A DNA stretch of 55,290 bases from an uncultured virus (IMG/VR IMGVR_UViG_3300023180_000023) (lineage: Duplodnaviria > Heunggongvirae > Uroviricota > Caudoviricetes): the IMG/VR virus record IMGVR_UViG_3300023180_000023; one strand, given 5' to 3'. The notes beneath the pieces were generated by a model. It was not told where the DNA came from and made no database searches. It was given only the letters and a program-made list of their open reading frames with translations. A program made the translations under genes and the position numbers. Positions 28,355 to 39,200 of the stretch are shown here, piece after piece; within the stretch, counting starts at the first letter, position 1, and the number at the start of each line of letters is the position of its first letter.

Positions 28355-31300
28355 CTTAAATCTTTAATAATTGGAACAATTGCTTGGTTGCTAGATCTCA
28401 TACGGATCTTCACACGGTATTTATTAAATGAAACACCGTTAGGAGCGAAGTAACTATAGTCAATAAATTCACCATTGTTTGTTTTTGTATTATCATAAGT
28501 TGCTGTATTTAATTCAGTCCAAGCAATATTTTCTTCATCTTCATCTCCAGTAAGGAATTTGACGTATACATCAAAATCAGTTTCTGGTCTTCTTTGTGCA
28601 GCAAATTGTACTTTTAGAGAAGTACTAACGTTTTCAAGAGTAATCAGTTTAGTAATATAGTTTGCTGGGTTGAAGTCCTGAATTGAACTACTTCCTAAAT
28701 CTGTATACTGACCATCATCTGCAAGGAAATATTCATTTTCCACAGCACCGTCAAAGTTTGCTACTCTATTTACAGTAGTAGTCAAACTCAATCTTTCAAG
28801 GTTAACAACTGGGGAAAGATTATCTCTTGCACTTGTAAGAGTTAATCTAATCTCACATGAAGGAGTGCCGAACATTTGCTTATCTTCATTGACTGCAGAT
28901 GCAATAATTTTTGGATCATTAAATTCGTTATTTTGATTTAACGTAATTCCTCTAAATTCACTATCAACAACATAGGATGCTTGTCCAGGAGTTTCAGTAG
29001 ATGCTGGATCTGAGAATCTAGAAGTATCTAATGAAGTTCCAGATGCACCTCTAAGTTCTGCAGTAATACTTGTTTCTGGGAGTTCACTAATGGTAATCGT
29101 TGGTTTTACCTGACTGTAAATAATATTTTGACTTGCAAAAACGTTATCACCACCTACAGTTTGGTTTTCTCCAGAAGTTCTTACAATATTACTTAAATTG
29201 ATCTGATAACTATCAAAGGTAATCCACTCTAATTCAGTGTGAGTTTTATTAATTAAAGTCAATGGAACACCATCAATCAGATACAGTTCAACTTCCCAAT
29301 TAGCTTGAGTATTTTTATAACCATCAGATGGGATAGTTCCAGATACCAACTCATCAGTTAAGATAGTAAACGTTCCATTTGTAAGGGTACTTACATTGGC
29401 AACTTGATAGGTATAAACACAATCACCAATTCTGATAAATGATTTATTTGTTGATGATGGTGCGTTTCCATTAATCAATGAAATATTAGCAAATGGATCT
29501 CTATCTCCACTTACAGTGAGAGTTGTACCTGGAGTTCCAGACCAATTATCAGCAAGTTTAAGATATTTCTCAGATGAAACACCTTTGATAGTTACATACG
29601 AAGAATTATCATGATGACCATGATTTACATGGTGTACTTTGATTCTTCCATTATTGACATTTAATTCAATTGGGTCTCTTCTAAGTTTATTATACTGTAA
29701 GTTTCCTGAATTATCATTTACAAAAGTAACTACAGCGTTTTCATTTGTCTTAAATGATGCCCTATACAGAGTAAACTTAAAGTCCTGAAGATCCGAAGTT
29801 GTCCAAGTAGTGCCGTTTTGAGATTTAAACAGAACACCCAAATAAGGTTGTTTTGTGATCTTGTTTCCTGACAGGTCATTTTGACCCATTTCGGACAACC
29901 AAACTCTATATTCAAGAGATGATGTCAACAGAACAAAGCAGTACTCATCTTCATCTTTGAGATAAATTGGGTTTTCAAATTCAAATGTAGTTGGAACTGA
30001 CGCATCATCTGAGATATTAATTTGATCTGGATTTACATCAATGCTTCCATATGACTCTAATCCAGGAACACCATTTACCATATTACGAATTTGAAGTGTA
30101 ATAGGTAATCTCTTATCTTTAGTTTGGAAATAAAGGTCCAGTTTTGTAATGAATACTCCATCTGGTTCATTAACAAGGAATGATTGAGCAAGAGGATCTC
30201 TCCATGTTCTAGTTAATGTTCTGGTATCAGTTACTTGATCTCTAACAACATCAGCGTTTCTAACTAAGTTAACTTGTAACTGCTTAACATTGATAGTACC
30301 AATAGCAGAGTAAATACCTTCTGCACTACTGTCAGTAATTCCAGGAATCTTAGTGTTTTCTGGGTCACCAGTAAACAGCATTGTTTGCTCACCAGTTGGC
30401 CATCTTGGGTTAGCATCAGTATTTGGATTTGGAATATAGAAACTATATCTACATTGTCCCTGTTGATCAGTGATCAATGCTGTAGACGATACAGTTGCCT
30501 GCGCTCCACTTTGAAGACCAACGATCACATCTCCATCAATTAAGTAACCACCAAATTCAGATCCATTCAATTGTTGCATTGACTCAAGATCTAAATTTAA
30601 ATAATCACTAGTAACTGTGTATGAAGTTCCAGTTTGAGCGAAGGCGTAATTTGCTCCACTAGATGCTAAAGTTGCAGAATCTGGTGCTAACAACGTTGCA
30701 AGGAATTTGGTATCTCTAATATCACCTACTGACTGTCTCTCCAAACTTCTCATAGTTGTAACGAGTTCGCCAACTTGGAATGCTACCGATCCACTTTCCA
30801 TTGTGATACGAACAATCTTTGGTGTGCAAAGTGTCTCTACTTCACGATCCCCGAAGAATGGATACATTCTAATATTTGGTTTTACTCCACTTGCACGAAT
30901 AGTGATATTTCTAGATCTTAACCAACGAATGCTCTTGGTCTCAATCGTCTTATCTTCTTGTACTTCTCTATCATAACGAGCATTAACTGTAGTGGCAACA
31001 CCAGTTCTGGTTTGGTGTGTAACGGTTGTTCTCCATGGCCAACCGCCCCACCACCACCAGTTCCATCCCCACCAACCCCAATGCCACCAGTGACCCCACC
31101 ACCAGCGACCATGCCAATGACCCCAGTGAGTTCCTGACCATTGAGTTTCCCAAGCACCCCATTCTGTGGGAGCAATACCAGTATTAGGATCCGCACCTTC
31201 TGCTTCAATAGTTGCTAAGTAGTCACCTTCTACCTCAGTAACTGCTTCTGGTACTCTTTCCTCATCAAACCAATCGTCAGATGCTGGGAAGATATCAAGA

Positions 31301-34300
31301 ACACCTTCCCAAGAAATAACTTGGAATGGATTAACGTTCTCAATTACCGCAGCAAATGGTTGATCTACAAATACCTTGTGATCATAATCAAGCATTACAT
31401 AAGATCCTTTTACAAATCTATTGTTTACATCTTTTCTTTTCAATGAAACATTTTTAGTGTAATGCTGTGGTCTTAAGTTTCCTTCTCCAGTATCAATAGA
31501 ACACTTATAGTTTGGATGGAAAACGTCTCCAGAATCATGGGTTTTAAAGTTATCAACCATAAAACCATTTTTTAATCTATTGCTGCCAGTGCCATCATCT
31601 ATGAACTGGTTAGCAGTATCATTTTCTAACAAACTTAAAGCAGTATAATATTCAATGTTATTTAATCTTGCTTCAAGTTTTCCAATATCTTTCATCGTAT
31701 ATCTCTTGTTTTCAAAACGAGAGATTGTAATATCATTCAGATCTCTAACATATGCTGGCATAGAGATCTGTAAGAAAGGCATAGCATTTACAATGCTATC
31801 TTCTGGTGCAGTTGGTTGAGGAGCTGGAGTGCCTTGCTTAACTACAAATGTACCAGAAGATGAAATATAAACTTTATCAATTCTAGGTAAATAGTACTCA
31901 ACATCTGCAATTGTAGATTCTGTTGGGAACAGATAATCACTGGATGCAGTATACTCGTTACTAACCGTACCTGAATATGCACTCAGTTCGTTATTATATG
32001 TAATTCTGGTTACTGTAAGAATAGTTCCTGCATGACCAGATAATCCTACAGTTTGTCCTTCTTGGAAATTTAATCCGCCAGTAATATTTGATACTGAAGT
32101 TACTACACCACCAGAAACGACTACATCTGCGGTTGCACCAGTACCGCTTCCACCAGTAATAGCGACTCCAACATAAGTATTGTCTGGTTGATCAGTGGTG
32201 TTGTCAGTAATAGTAAGACCAAGAATCTCACCTGCAAAACTTCTAATTTTTGCATCATCTAAAATAAAAGGATTTCCTACTTGACCTGATGTACTCGAAT
32301 TAAACAGTTCTTGCTTATTAATTCTCCAGTCAATAAATTCAGAAAGGTAATAATTGCTACCATTTCTTCTATAAACTGGAATATCTTTTAGTTCAGAGTC
32401 ATAGTATGAATTGATACTGGAAAAGATTCCATCATCATTTTGATCTTTGAAGTAATCAAACACAACGTAAATATCACCAGAGATAACACTCTCTCTTGAT
32501 GCTTTTACTAAGTAAGAATACTCAAATACTTGATCTCTTTGTCCATCATCAAGAGTATACCTCTTTTTGATGTTTGGAGCGCCGTTATTTTCTACAGTTG
32601 CAATAGATCCTGTTGATCCTGCAGCATATCCATAAATTTCCTCGTTTGCTACAAAATTAATAGAAGTTTCGTATACAAAATAAACGGCAGTTCCAGATTG
32701 TGAAATTACTCTACCTTTTGCACCACTACTCTTTCCTACAAAAATTTCATTTGGTTGTAGTACAGTTGCTGCATTTGTAAGAGTTACTTTTGGTACGATA
32801 TCTGTAAAATTACCAGTTGCTGCATTGTATACAGCATGAACCTTAGATACTCTAGTAACACCTAAATTTAACTTGTAATTATTTACTTTATACTTATTGG
32901 TAATATCAGATAATTTTAAAACTCTCATTTTTTCATGAGAGATTAACTTAATTTTAGGTTCTGAAATAGTTTCAGGTCCTATGATTAAATAATTCTTTGC
33001 AGAAGTTGGGGCAGTTCCACTGAAAGTGAACGTAGCAACTCCACCAGCGATAGTTACATTAGAAATTGTTCTTGTAGTTGAATCTGCATCATCTGCAATT
33101 CTAATAGTATAATCACTACCATTTGTGCTGGTAAATTGTCTAGCAACTGAAATTACATTTGAATTTGCTGTTGTTTGACCAGTAATCTTACCAGTAGATC
33201 TCTGTACAATCTCATCACTAACTGACTTCATCACCACTTGAGGTGAGAATGCAGGGAAAAGGTGTGGAATTGGAGATCCTTCAATACTACTAATAGTTCT
33301 TACTGAACCTCCAGATGAAGTATTATTTCTATAATCAATTGTTCCACCAAGACGTACTTTATCTACATTACCTTCGATAGTAAATTCGTCTTGAACAAAT
33401 TTGATATTATTAATACGAAGAACAATATCAGTTCCTACTTCTTCGTATGATCTTAAAAGACCATATCCAACTACTAATGAATTAGTATCCAGCAATGGTA
33501 CTGGATTGTTAATTGAGTTATTAACAAATGAATATGAAACGTGCTGAGTACCTGAGGTATTATCAACTCTAAATTCTACACCTCTAGCATCAGTTCTAAT
33601 GAAGAAATTATTTCTTGCTTCTGATGTTCTTGGTTTAAAAATATCAACATAATTATTACCTCTCTTCTCTACTTCAAATCCACTTACATATGCCTTACCT
33701 GGACCTACAGAAATTTCAAAAATATCATCAGATACGGTGTTATCATATGCAGTAACAGTATTTACTTTGTAGATACCATTGTTAACACCATTATCTAAAC
33801 ACTCATTTTTAGCATAAGAAAAACGTTTTACTTCGTAGTCACCAGATTCGTCTGCAGTTCTTCTGGCAAGTGTTTCTTCTAATGTTTTTGCTAATTGTGC
33901 TTTCTCGCTATCTACAGTAATATCTCTCAATAATCCATTTTCAATTCTCAATAATTCAATAAAGTCAGTTACTGAATTATCATCTAATGCTTTTTTACTT
34001 AAAATTGCAGACAGTTTAAATCTATGTGCTCCAGGAGCAGCATAGTTTGAGTATCCCTGGGAAGGATCATTGAGGGATTGATCATCTTCTGGAGTAACAA
34101 TTTCTTCTAAAATTTGAAGACCAATCTTATATGATGGGGTTACTCCAAACTGATCTAAAACAATCTCTTGATCTGGAACATCAACAAAGAAACCTTTTGT
34201 ATAATATACACCTTTTGTAATCTTTGCTGCAGATCCTCTATAAGTTGCCCCAGAACTAATACATTTTGCAAAATCAGTATTCTCTTGAATTACTGTGTTA

Positions 34301-34773
34301 CCAATACTAAATGTATTTTCTGTAATTAAAATTTCATCATCAGCAAATGAACTTTCTGCATTTGCATCAGATGCTGAAAGATATTTGATGTAGATAGTTG
34401 TATAACCCTTTTCCGACTGCTCTGAAGTTAGTGCTTTTACTACTTCTGCTCTAACTCCACTAGTATTGCCAACAATAACTTGTCCAACGATATAATCAAC
34501 TAGTGCATTTGATTCAATGCCAAAATACTCAGTTTCAATTAAAACTGAAGTGTATTCTAGATCATACATGATGTGCCCTGGAATAACCATGGCACCTTCT
34601 TTATAAATGCTAGAACCAAATTTTTCAATCTGGTTCTGCATGATAGATTGCATTGTGGTGAGTTCTCTCGCCTGCAGGGGATACCCTGGTCTAAAGAGAA
34701 CTTTATGAAAATTCTTGTTTGGATCAAAATCCTCAAAATAAGGAGGAGTGTTCAGATTAGTTGACTGGGGCAT
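28336..34773 (-). CDS. vrlC: VrlC-like / DUF4815 large virion structural protein (2145 aa)
   Basis: NLNTPPYFEDFD...KVLFRPGYPLQARELTTMQSI N-terminus; APGAHRFKL; LARRTADESGDY; KRYTMKDIGKLEARL..IEYYTALSLLE; DPLAQSF; DLRCIALA C-terminus. Confidence 0.85.
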   Translation of the reverse strand: MPQSTNLNTPPYFEDFDPNKNFHKVLFRPGYPLQARELTTMQSIMQNQIEKFGSSIYKEGAMVIPGHIMYDLEYTSVLIETEYFGIESNALVDYIVGQVIVGNTSGVRAEVVKALTSEQSEKGYTTIYIKYLSASDANAESSFADDEILITENTFSIGNTVIQENTDFAKCISSGATYRGSAAKITKGVYYTKGFFVDVPDQEIVLDQFGVTPSYKIGLQILEEIVTPEDDQSLNDPSQGYSNYAAPGAHRFKLSAILSKKALDDNSVTDFIELLRIENGLLRDITVDSEKAQLAKTLEETLARRTADESGDYEVKRFSYAKNECLDNGVNNGIYKVNTVTAYDNTVSDDIFEISVGPGKAYVSGFEVEKRGNNYVDIFKPRTSEARNNFFIRTDARGVEFRVDNTSGTQHVSYSFVNNSINNPVPLLDTNSLVVGYGLLRSYEEVGTDIVLRINNIKFVQDEFTIEGNVDKVRLGGTIDYRNNTSSGGSVRTISSIEGSPIPHLFPAFSPQVVMKSVSDEIVQRSTGKITGQTTANSNVISVARQFTSTNGSDYTIRIADDADSTTRTISNVTIAGGVATFTFSGTAPTSAKNYLIIGPETISEPKIKLISHEKMRVLKLSDITNKYKVNNYKLNLGVTRVSKVHAVYNAATGNFTDIVPKVTLTNAATVLQPNEIFVGKSSGAKGRVISQSGTAVYFVYETSINFVANEEIYGYAAGSTGSIATVENNGAPNIKKRYTLDDGQRDQVFEYSYLVKASRESVISGDIYVVFDYFKDQNDDGIFSSINSYYDSELKDIPVYRRNGSNYYLSEFIDWRINKQELFNSSTSGQVGNPFILDDAKIRSFAGEILGLTITDNTTDQPDNTYVGVAITGGSGTGATADVVVSGGVVTSVSNITGGLNFQEGQTVGLSGHAGTILTVTRITYNNELSAYSGTVSNEYTASSDYLFPTESTIADVEYYLPRIDKVYISSSGTFVVKQGTPAPQPTAPEDSIVNAMPFLQISMPAYVRDLNDITISRFENKRYTMKDIGKLEARLNNIEYYTALSLLENDTANQFIDDGTGSNRLKNGFMVDNFKTHDSGDVFHPNYKCSIDTGEGNLRPQHYTKNVSLKRKDVNNRFVKGSYVMLDYDHKVFVDQPFAAVIENVNPFQVISWEGVLDIFPASDDWFDEERVPEAVTEVEGDYLATIEAEGADPNTGIAPTEWGAWETQWSGTHWGHWHGRWWWGHWWHWGWWGWNWWWWGGWPWRTTVTHQTRTGVATTVNARYDREVQEDKTIETKSIRWLRSRNITIRASGVKPNIRMYPFFGDREVETLCTPKIVRITMESGSVAFQVGELVTTMRSLERQSVGDIRDTKFLATLLAPDSATLASSGANYAFAQTGTSYTVTSDYLNLDLESMQQLNGSEFGGYLIDGDVIVGLQSGAQATVSSTALITDQQGQCRYSFYIPNPNTDANPRWPTGEQTMLFTGDPENTKIPGITDSSAEGIYSAIGTINVKQLQVNLVRNADVVRDQVTDTRTLTRTWRDPLAQSFLVNEPDGVFITKLDLYFQTKDKRLPITLQIRNMVNGVPGLESYGSIDVNPDQINISDDASVPTTFEFENPIYLKDEDEYCFVLLTSSLEYRVWLSEMGQNDLSGNKITKQPYLGVLFKSQNGTTWTTSDLQDFKFTLYRASFKTNENAVVTFVNDNSGNLQYNKLRRDPIELNVNNGRIKVHHVNHGHHDNSSYVTIKGVSSEKYLKLADNWSGTPGTTLTVSGDRDPFANISLINGNAPSSTNKSFIRIGDCVYTYQVANVSTLTNGTFTILTDELVSGTIPSDGYKNTQANWEVELYLIDGVPLTLINKTHTELEWITFDSYQINLSNIVRTSGENQTVGGDNVFASQNIIYSQVKPTITISELPETSITAELRGASGTSLDTSRFSDPASTETPGQASYVVDSEFRGITLNQNNEFNDPKIIASAVNEDKQMFGTPSCEIRLTLTSARDNLSPVVNLERLSLTTTVNRVANFDGAVENEYFLADDGQYTDLGSSSIQDFNPANYITKLITLENVSTSLKVQFAAQRRPETDFDVYVKFLTGDEDEENIAWTELNTATYDNTKTNNGEFIDYSYFAPNGVSFNKYRVKIRMRSSNQAIVPIIKDLRCIALA

Positions 34774-34774
34774 T

Positions 34775-36193
34775 TTAGAACTCTAGAATAATTTTGAAAT
34801 CTTCGGTCTGATCTTCTGCTCTGGAAATTGTATTCCTATTATCTATGTAGATGATTTCTCCCGAACCCCTTGTGAGTTCTGAGTCCTTAACTGCATCTGA
34901 AGCAGATGCGATAGTAAATGATTCTCCGTTATCAACAATCTGACACAAATCTCCAGGTACAAAATCTTGCTTGTTGCCAGAGGTATCTATACCATATCCA
35001 ACTTCATTTTCTTGAGTATAGTAAATTGTAAGATTTGATGCTTCATAGTGAACAATTCTACCAGTAGCGCCACCACCACCTTGAACTTCAATTTGGGCAT
35101 CATGATACACTTCTGGTGCAGATGCAAGTGGTCCACTAAGAACTAATTGCTTTGTACCAATCGCTAATGAATCTCCAGCAGCACTAATTGATGGGGACCA
35201 AATAAGACCAACAACACTAAAATCATTACCAAATACAAAATCACTATTTTCTAATTTTGTATGAAGTGCTAATCTGTATGCACCAAGTTCTAATCCAATG
35301 TCAACTGCAATACCTTCTTTGGGGGAAATGATTGGCGTTAGAATTGCATTTGTACCAGTGGTAGTGTTAATTTGACCGTAGGTATATCCTACGCCAGGAT
35401 TCAACACAGCAATCGAAGTAATGCCACCATTTTCAGAAATTGACGTAACTCTAACTGTTCCATTTGCTCCATCACCAATAATATCAAATTCTTGTCCAAC
35501 TTGATATCCAGATCCAGCAGCATCAATTAAAACGTTATATACTGCACCACCATACCCAGGATTACTTTCACTATTGGTCGCAATAATTTTGTTATTTTCT
35601 ACAACACTTAGATCCGATGGAATTGGAATATATTCATCGGTTTTAAATTTTTCAAAGTCATTTGCATTAATCGTATACACGTATTTCCACATGTATCCAT
35701 CTGCTAAAGTAAATGGAGCATTACTTGTAGAAAATGGTTCAATAGTTGATGGTTGGTTATTATTATTCTTTAAGCACTTATAAACCCTATACTCTGAATT
35801 TACAACATAGTAATTAGTTTCATATAAATGCTGTTCAGCAGTTGGGGTTTGAATATAAGTTACAATACTTCCATTTTCGGACTTAATATTACCATAATCG
35901 TGACGGTAGATATCATACGTAATTCCAGTAGTCCACTTGTTGTTTCTAATAACTGGACGCATTTCTGATGAAGGAATGCGCTTCAATCCAATGATTTGAT
36001 CATAAATTCCAAAAGCAGCATCCTGATTATCAACAGGATCATCAGGGTCAGTAATTACATCCCATTGCTTTGCCTTTGCAAAAAACAACCATACCGAAGG
36101 GCTGCTGGGGGAATTTGCTTCCCCACTCTCAATAATCTCCCTAAATTGCCTAGCAAGGAGAACCCTAAATCTATCAGTTAGAATAGCCGCCAT
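34775..36193 (-). CDS. gp8: Baseplate wedge subunit gp8 (472 aa)
   Basis: MAAILTDRFR N-terminus; YYVVNSEYRVYKCLKN; DGYMWKYVY; SGEIIYIDNR..ISR..DQTEDFKIILEF C-terminus. Confidence 0.9.
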   Translation of the reverse strand: MAAILTDRFRVLLARQFREIIESGEANSPSSPSVWLFFAKAKQWDVITDPDDPVDNQDAAFGIYDQIIGLKRIPSSEMRPVIRNNKWTTGITYDIYRHDYGNIKSENGSIVTYIQTPTAEQHLYETNYYVVNSEYRVYKCLKNNNNQPSTIEPFSTSNAPFTLADGYMWKYVYTINANDFEKFKTDEYIPIPSDLSVVENNKIIATNSESNPGYGGAVYNVLIDAAGSGYQVGQEFDIIGDGANGTVRVTSISENGGITSIAVLNPGVGYTYGQINTTTGTNAILTPIISPKEGIAVDIGLELGAYRLALHTKLENSDFVFGNDFSVVGLIWSPSISAAGDSLAIGTKQLVLSGPLASAPEVYHDAQIEVQGGGGATGRIVHYEASNLTIYYTQENEVGYGIDTSGNKQDFVPGDLCQIVDNGESFTIASASDAVKDSELTRGSGEIIYIDNRNTISRAEDQTEDFKIILEF

Positions 36194-36215
36194 TTTTTAA
36201 AGTAGGTTTTCTTTT

Positions 36216-36223
36216 TATTTATA
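36216..36223 (-). promoter_or_regulatory. T4-type late promoter TATAAATA
   Basis: Exact consensus in the gp7-gp8 intergenic gap. Confidence 0.8.
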
Positions 36224-36226
36224 GGA

Positions 36227-39200
36227 CTAGAAATTATATATCGACTTGTCACCAATTTGCAATGTTTGATATTCATTGACTAATGAATCATCAGTAATAG
36301 TATATCCTTCAAGTGTATCTGCCGTTGTTAATGGTGTTAATGGATCATCGAGATACAAGTAAATAATTTGATTCGTAATATCCCAATTTACAATGCTAGC
36401 AGTTTTTCCTGCACCATAAGTAATTTGAATGTATGGTTTGACACCCCAACCTACAAATGAAGGATCTTCAAATGTTTCTGCAGATGCTCCAGATAATTTC
36501 AGAATCTGATTAAATGGAAGATCAAATCCAACTTTTACACCTTGAAGTTCATCAGAACCAGAAGATGATGTTAATCTAGGTACATAAGTTGTATATGTAG
36601 CGTTGATTGCTCTTTCTGGGAAGTTGGCAGTTGCAGGAAGAATAAAACTAATCAAATTACTATCGTCATCTGGAGATTGTGGTAAATCTGAGGAAAGATC
36701 GTCAAGTTCAATAGTTTGTAGGGAAATTGTGTAAAGAGTTTTCCCAGAAAGTGGGTATGGTGAAGATCCACCAAATCCAATTATAGTAGAAGGAATTGTT
36801 CTTCTTGCACGTAAAGATTCTCTAATTCTAGTAACTTTAAGTACATCTGTTTTCCACCATCCATAGTCACCTGCAGCAATTTCAATACCAGCATTTGGAG
36901 TTGTATCAATTACTCCAGATGATGTATTGACTGACATTTTTGTGGCACTTGTAATGTTAAAGATCTTTCTAGGTGAAATTTCATTACTTTGAATGATAAT
37001 ATCACCATCTTCAATGGTAGCATCAATATCAGTACTCTTATAGTCATTAGAAGAACCAACAAAGATATAACCTTCAAAACTAGATCCAGATCTTGGTGCT
37101 GAAGTAAATTCAATAGAACTACCTAATAATTGGAATGCTGAAACCGAATCTGGATAAGATTGAACACCATCACCTAAGTTACTTGATGGAATTTGATATA
37201 CACCATCAATAAACAGAAGTAGGTTAGCAGATACATTAATATCTGGGTAGTTTTGAACAAGTAAACTAAAGATCTCTCCAGTCGTACTTCTTAAATCAAA
37301 TAAAGTATCAACACCATTAAATTGAGGTGAAATATCTTGAATAGCAATAGTTTCACCAACATAGAACGCATTAAAGGGAGTTCTTGCCTGTGGTGGTTCA
37401 AAGAACACTATTTCAGTGTATGGAGATGGACCACCAACTTCATTTAATTGATAAGAAGATCCACGAATTTGAAGTACTCCATTGACAATAATGAATAGGT
37501 CTTTGTTTGCCTCAATGAAAACTGGTTGCTCCTGTTCTGCTAAGACAAAGGTAGTTTTATCCCCGTCAAATCCTCTAAAGAACTGAGATACTGTGACTTC
37601 TTGTGGAATAATTTTCTCAACAGTAATTCCATTGCCATAAGAAAGAGATGCTTCAGTTTTTAACTGAGAACGAACTATGGTAAGAGTATTTGAAACGATA
37701 TTAGTAATCTTAACTACTTCACTATTATTGAGAAGGACGTAATCATTCTGTGCAAATACCGAAGCATTATTTACAGTAATTTCAGTGTCAACATCAAGGA
37801 TACCAAATGGTTCATTAGCAATTGTAGTAATGCCTGTTTTTTGTGAAGAAATAAATCCAGACAATAAGGTATCGTTTGCAACAAAAGCATCATCTCTATC
37901 TGGTACTGTTGTTTCTAATTGATCTACTACAAGGTAAATTCTATTAAATCTGATAGAAGTATCTTGCTGAATAGAGATTGTTAACGTAGATGGTGAAATA
38001 TTTGTAATAGTTACGGTTTTAGTTAATCTGTCAATTGCACTAATCTCTAATTCATTATCAAGAATACTGGTCATACCAAAGGCACTATTAAATTTAACTC
38101 TATCACCAACATAGAGACGTTTGATATCAGAAACAATAATATCAAATGTTGCAGAAGATGCAACTGACCCACTATAACCAGTTTCAACAACTTTTCTATT
38201 TGTTGAAACCGATTTTTCAACAATCGCTGCTGATGATGTGGACGTATTTACATAATCTCCAATTATAAAATCTTGTGGATTATCTTTAAGATGAATTATG
38301 TTTCTACTAACATCATCAAACTGGAAGTTTGGTGTTGATGTCACTCCTGCAGCATCTTCTCTTTGATACAACAATCCAATAAATTGCCTTCCACTGACTC
38401 TATCTGGATCCACATATCTTTGAGGTGGTTCATTGAATAATATTTGTCTGACTCCACTAGTAGCAGAACTGTACGCAATAAATGGAGTTTGAATAATACC
38501 AGCGATATCAACAATATAATCTTCTGGATTTAAACTAAATCCAGCTGGGATTTCCGTAGATCCATCTTCAATCTTATAACGATACAGGTTTTCAATTAAT
38601 ACATGGGTTGAAGAATCAAGTGAAACACCCAAACTGTCAATGCATACAGATAATGAATCATAAGTAAATCCATAATTAAATACCACGTTATTATTTGAAT
38701 CTAATTCATAATCACTAGTTGACAGTAGCATACCATCAACAAAGACAAAATAACTTTCTTTAGATGTAATACTTGGTTTGTTAGACAAAGCAACTGCAAC
38801 ACCAGAAGTTACTGATCCAGAAGTAAAATCGTTCGCAAGCAACGAACTAATATAACGAACTGAAATTTGAGAATCTGTAGAAATATCTTCAGAGAATGTG
38901 ATAGTATCTGTAGTTAACGTATAAGAAGATGCTTGTTGATGAACACCATCTACAAATACTAACCATTTTTCTGCAACAATCGGAGCATATACTGATCCAG
39001 GGAATAGATTAGTATCTTGCTGTCTGATAGTAAATGTATCAGTTACACTAGTTGAAGTTTCTGCGTAGTTATAAATTACAGCATCTTCATTGAATTGTCT
39101 ATATGTTAAAATTTCACCAGAAGGAAGTAATTCTCCAGCTTGCTGAACTGAAGTAAAATTAAACTCTTTGCTAGAGTCAATAACTGTCCAAGATGTTCCA

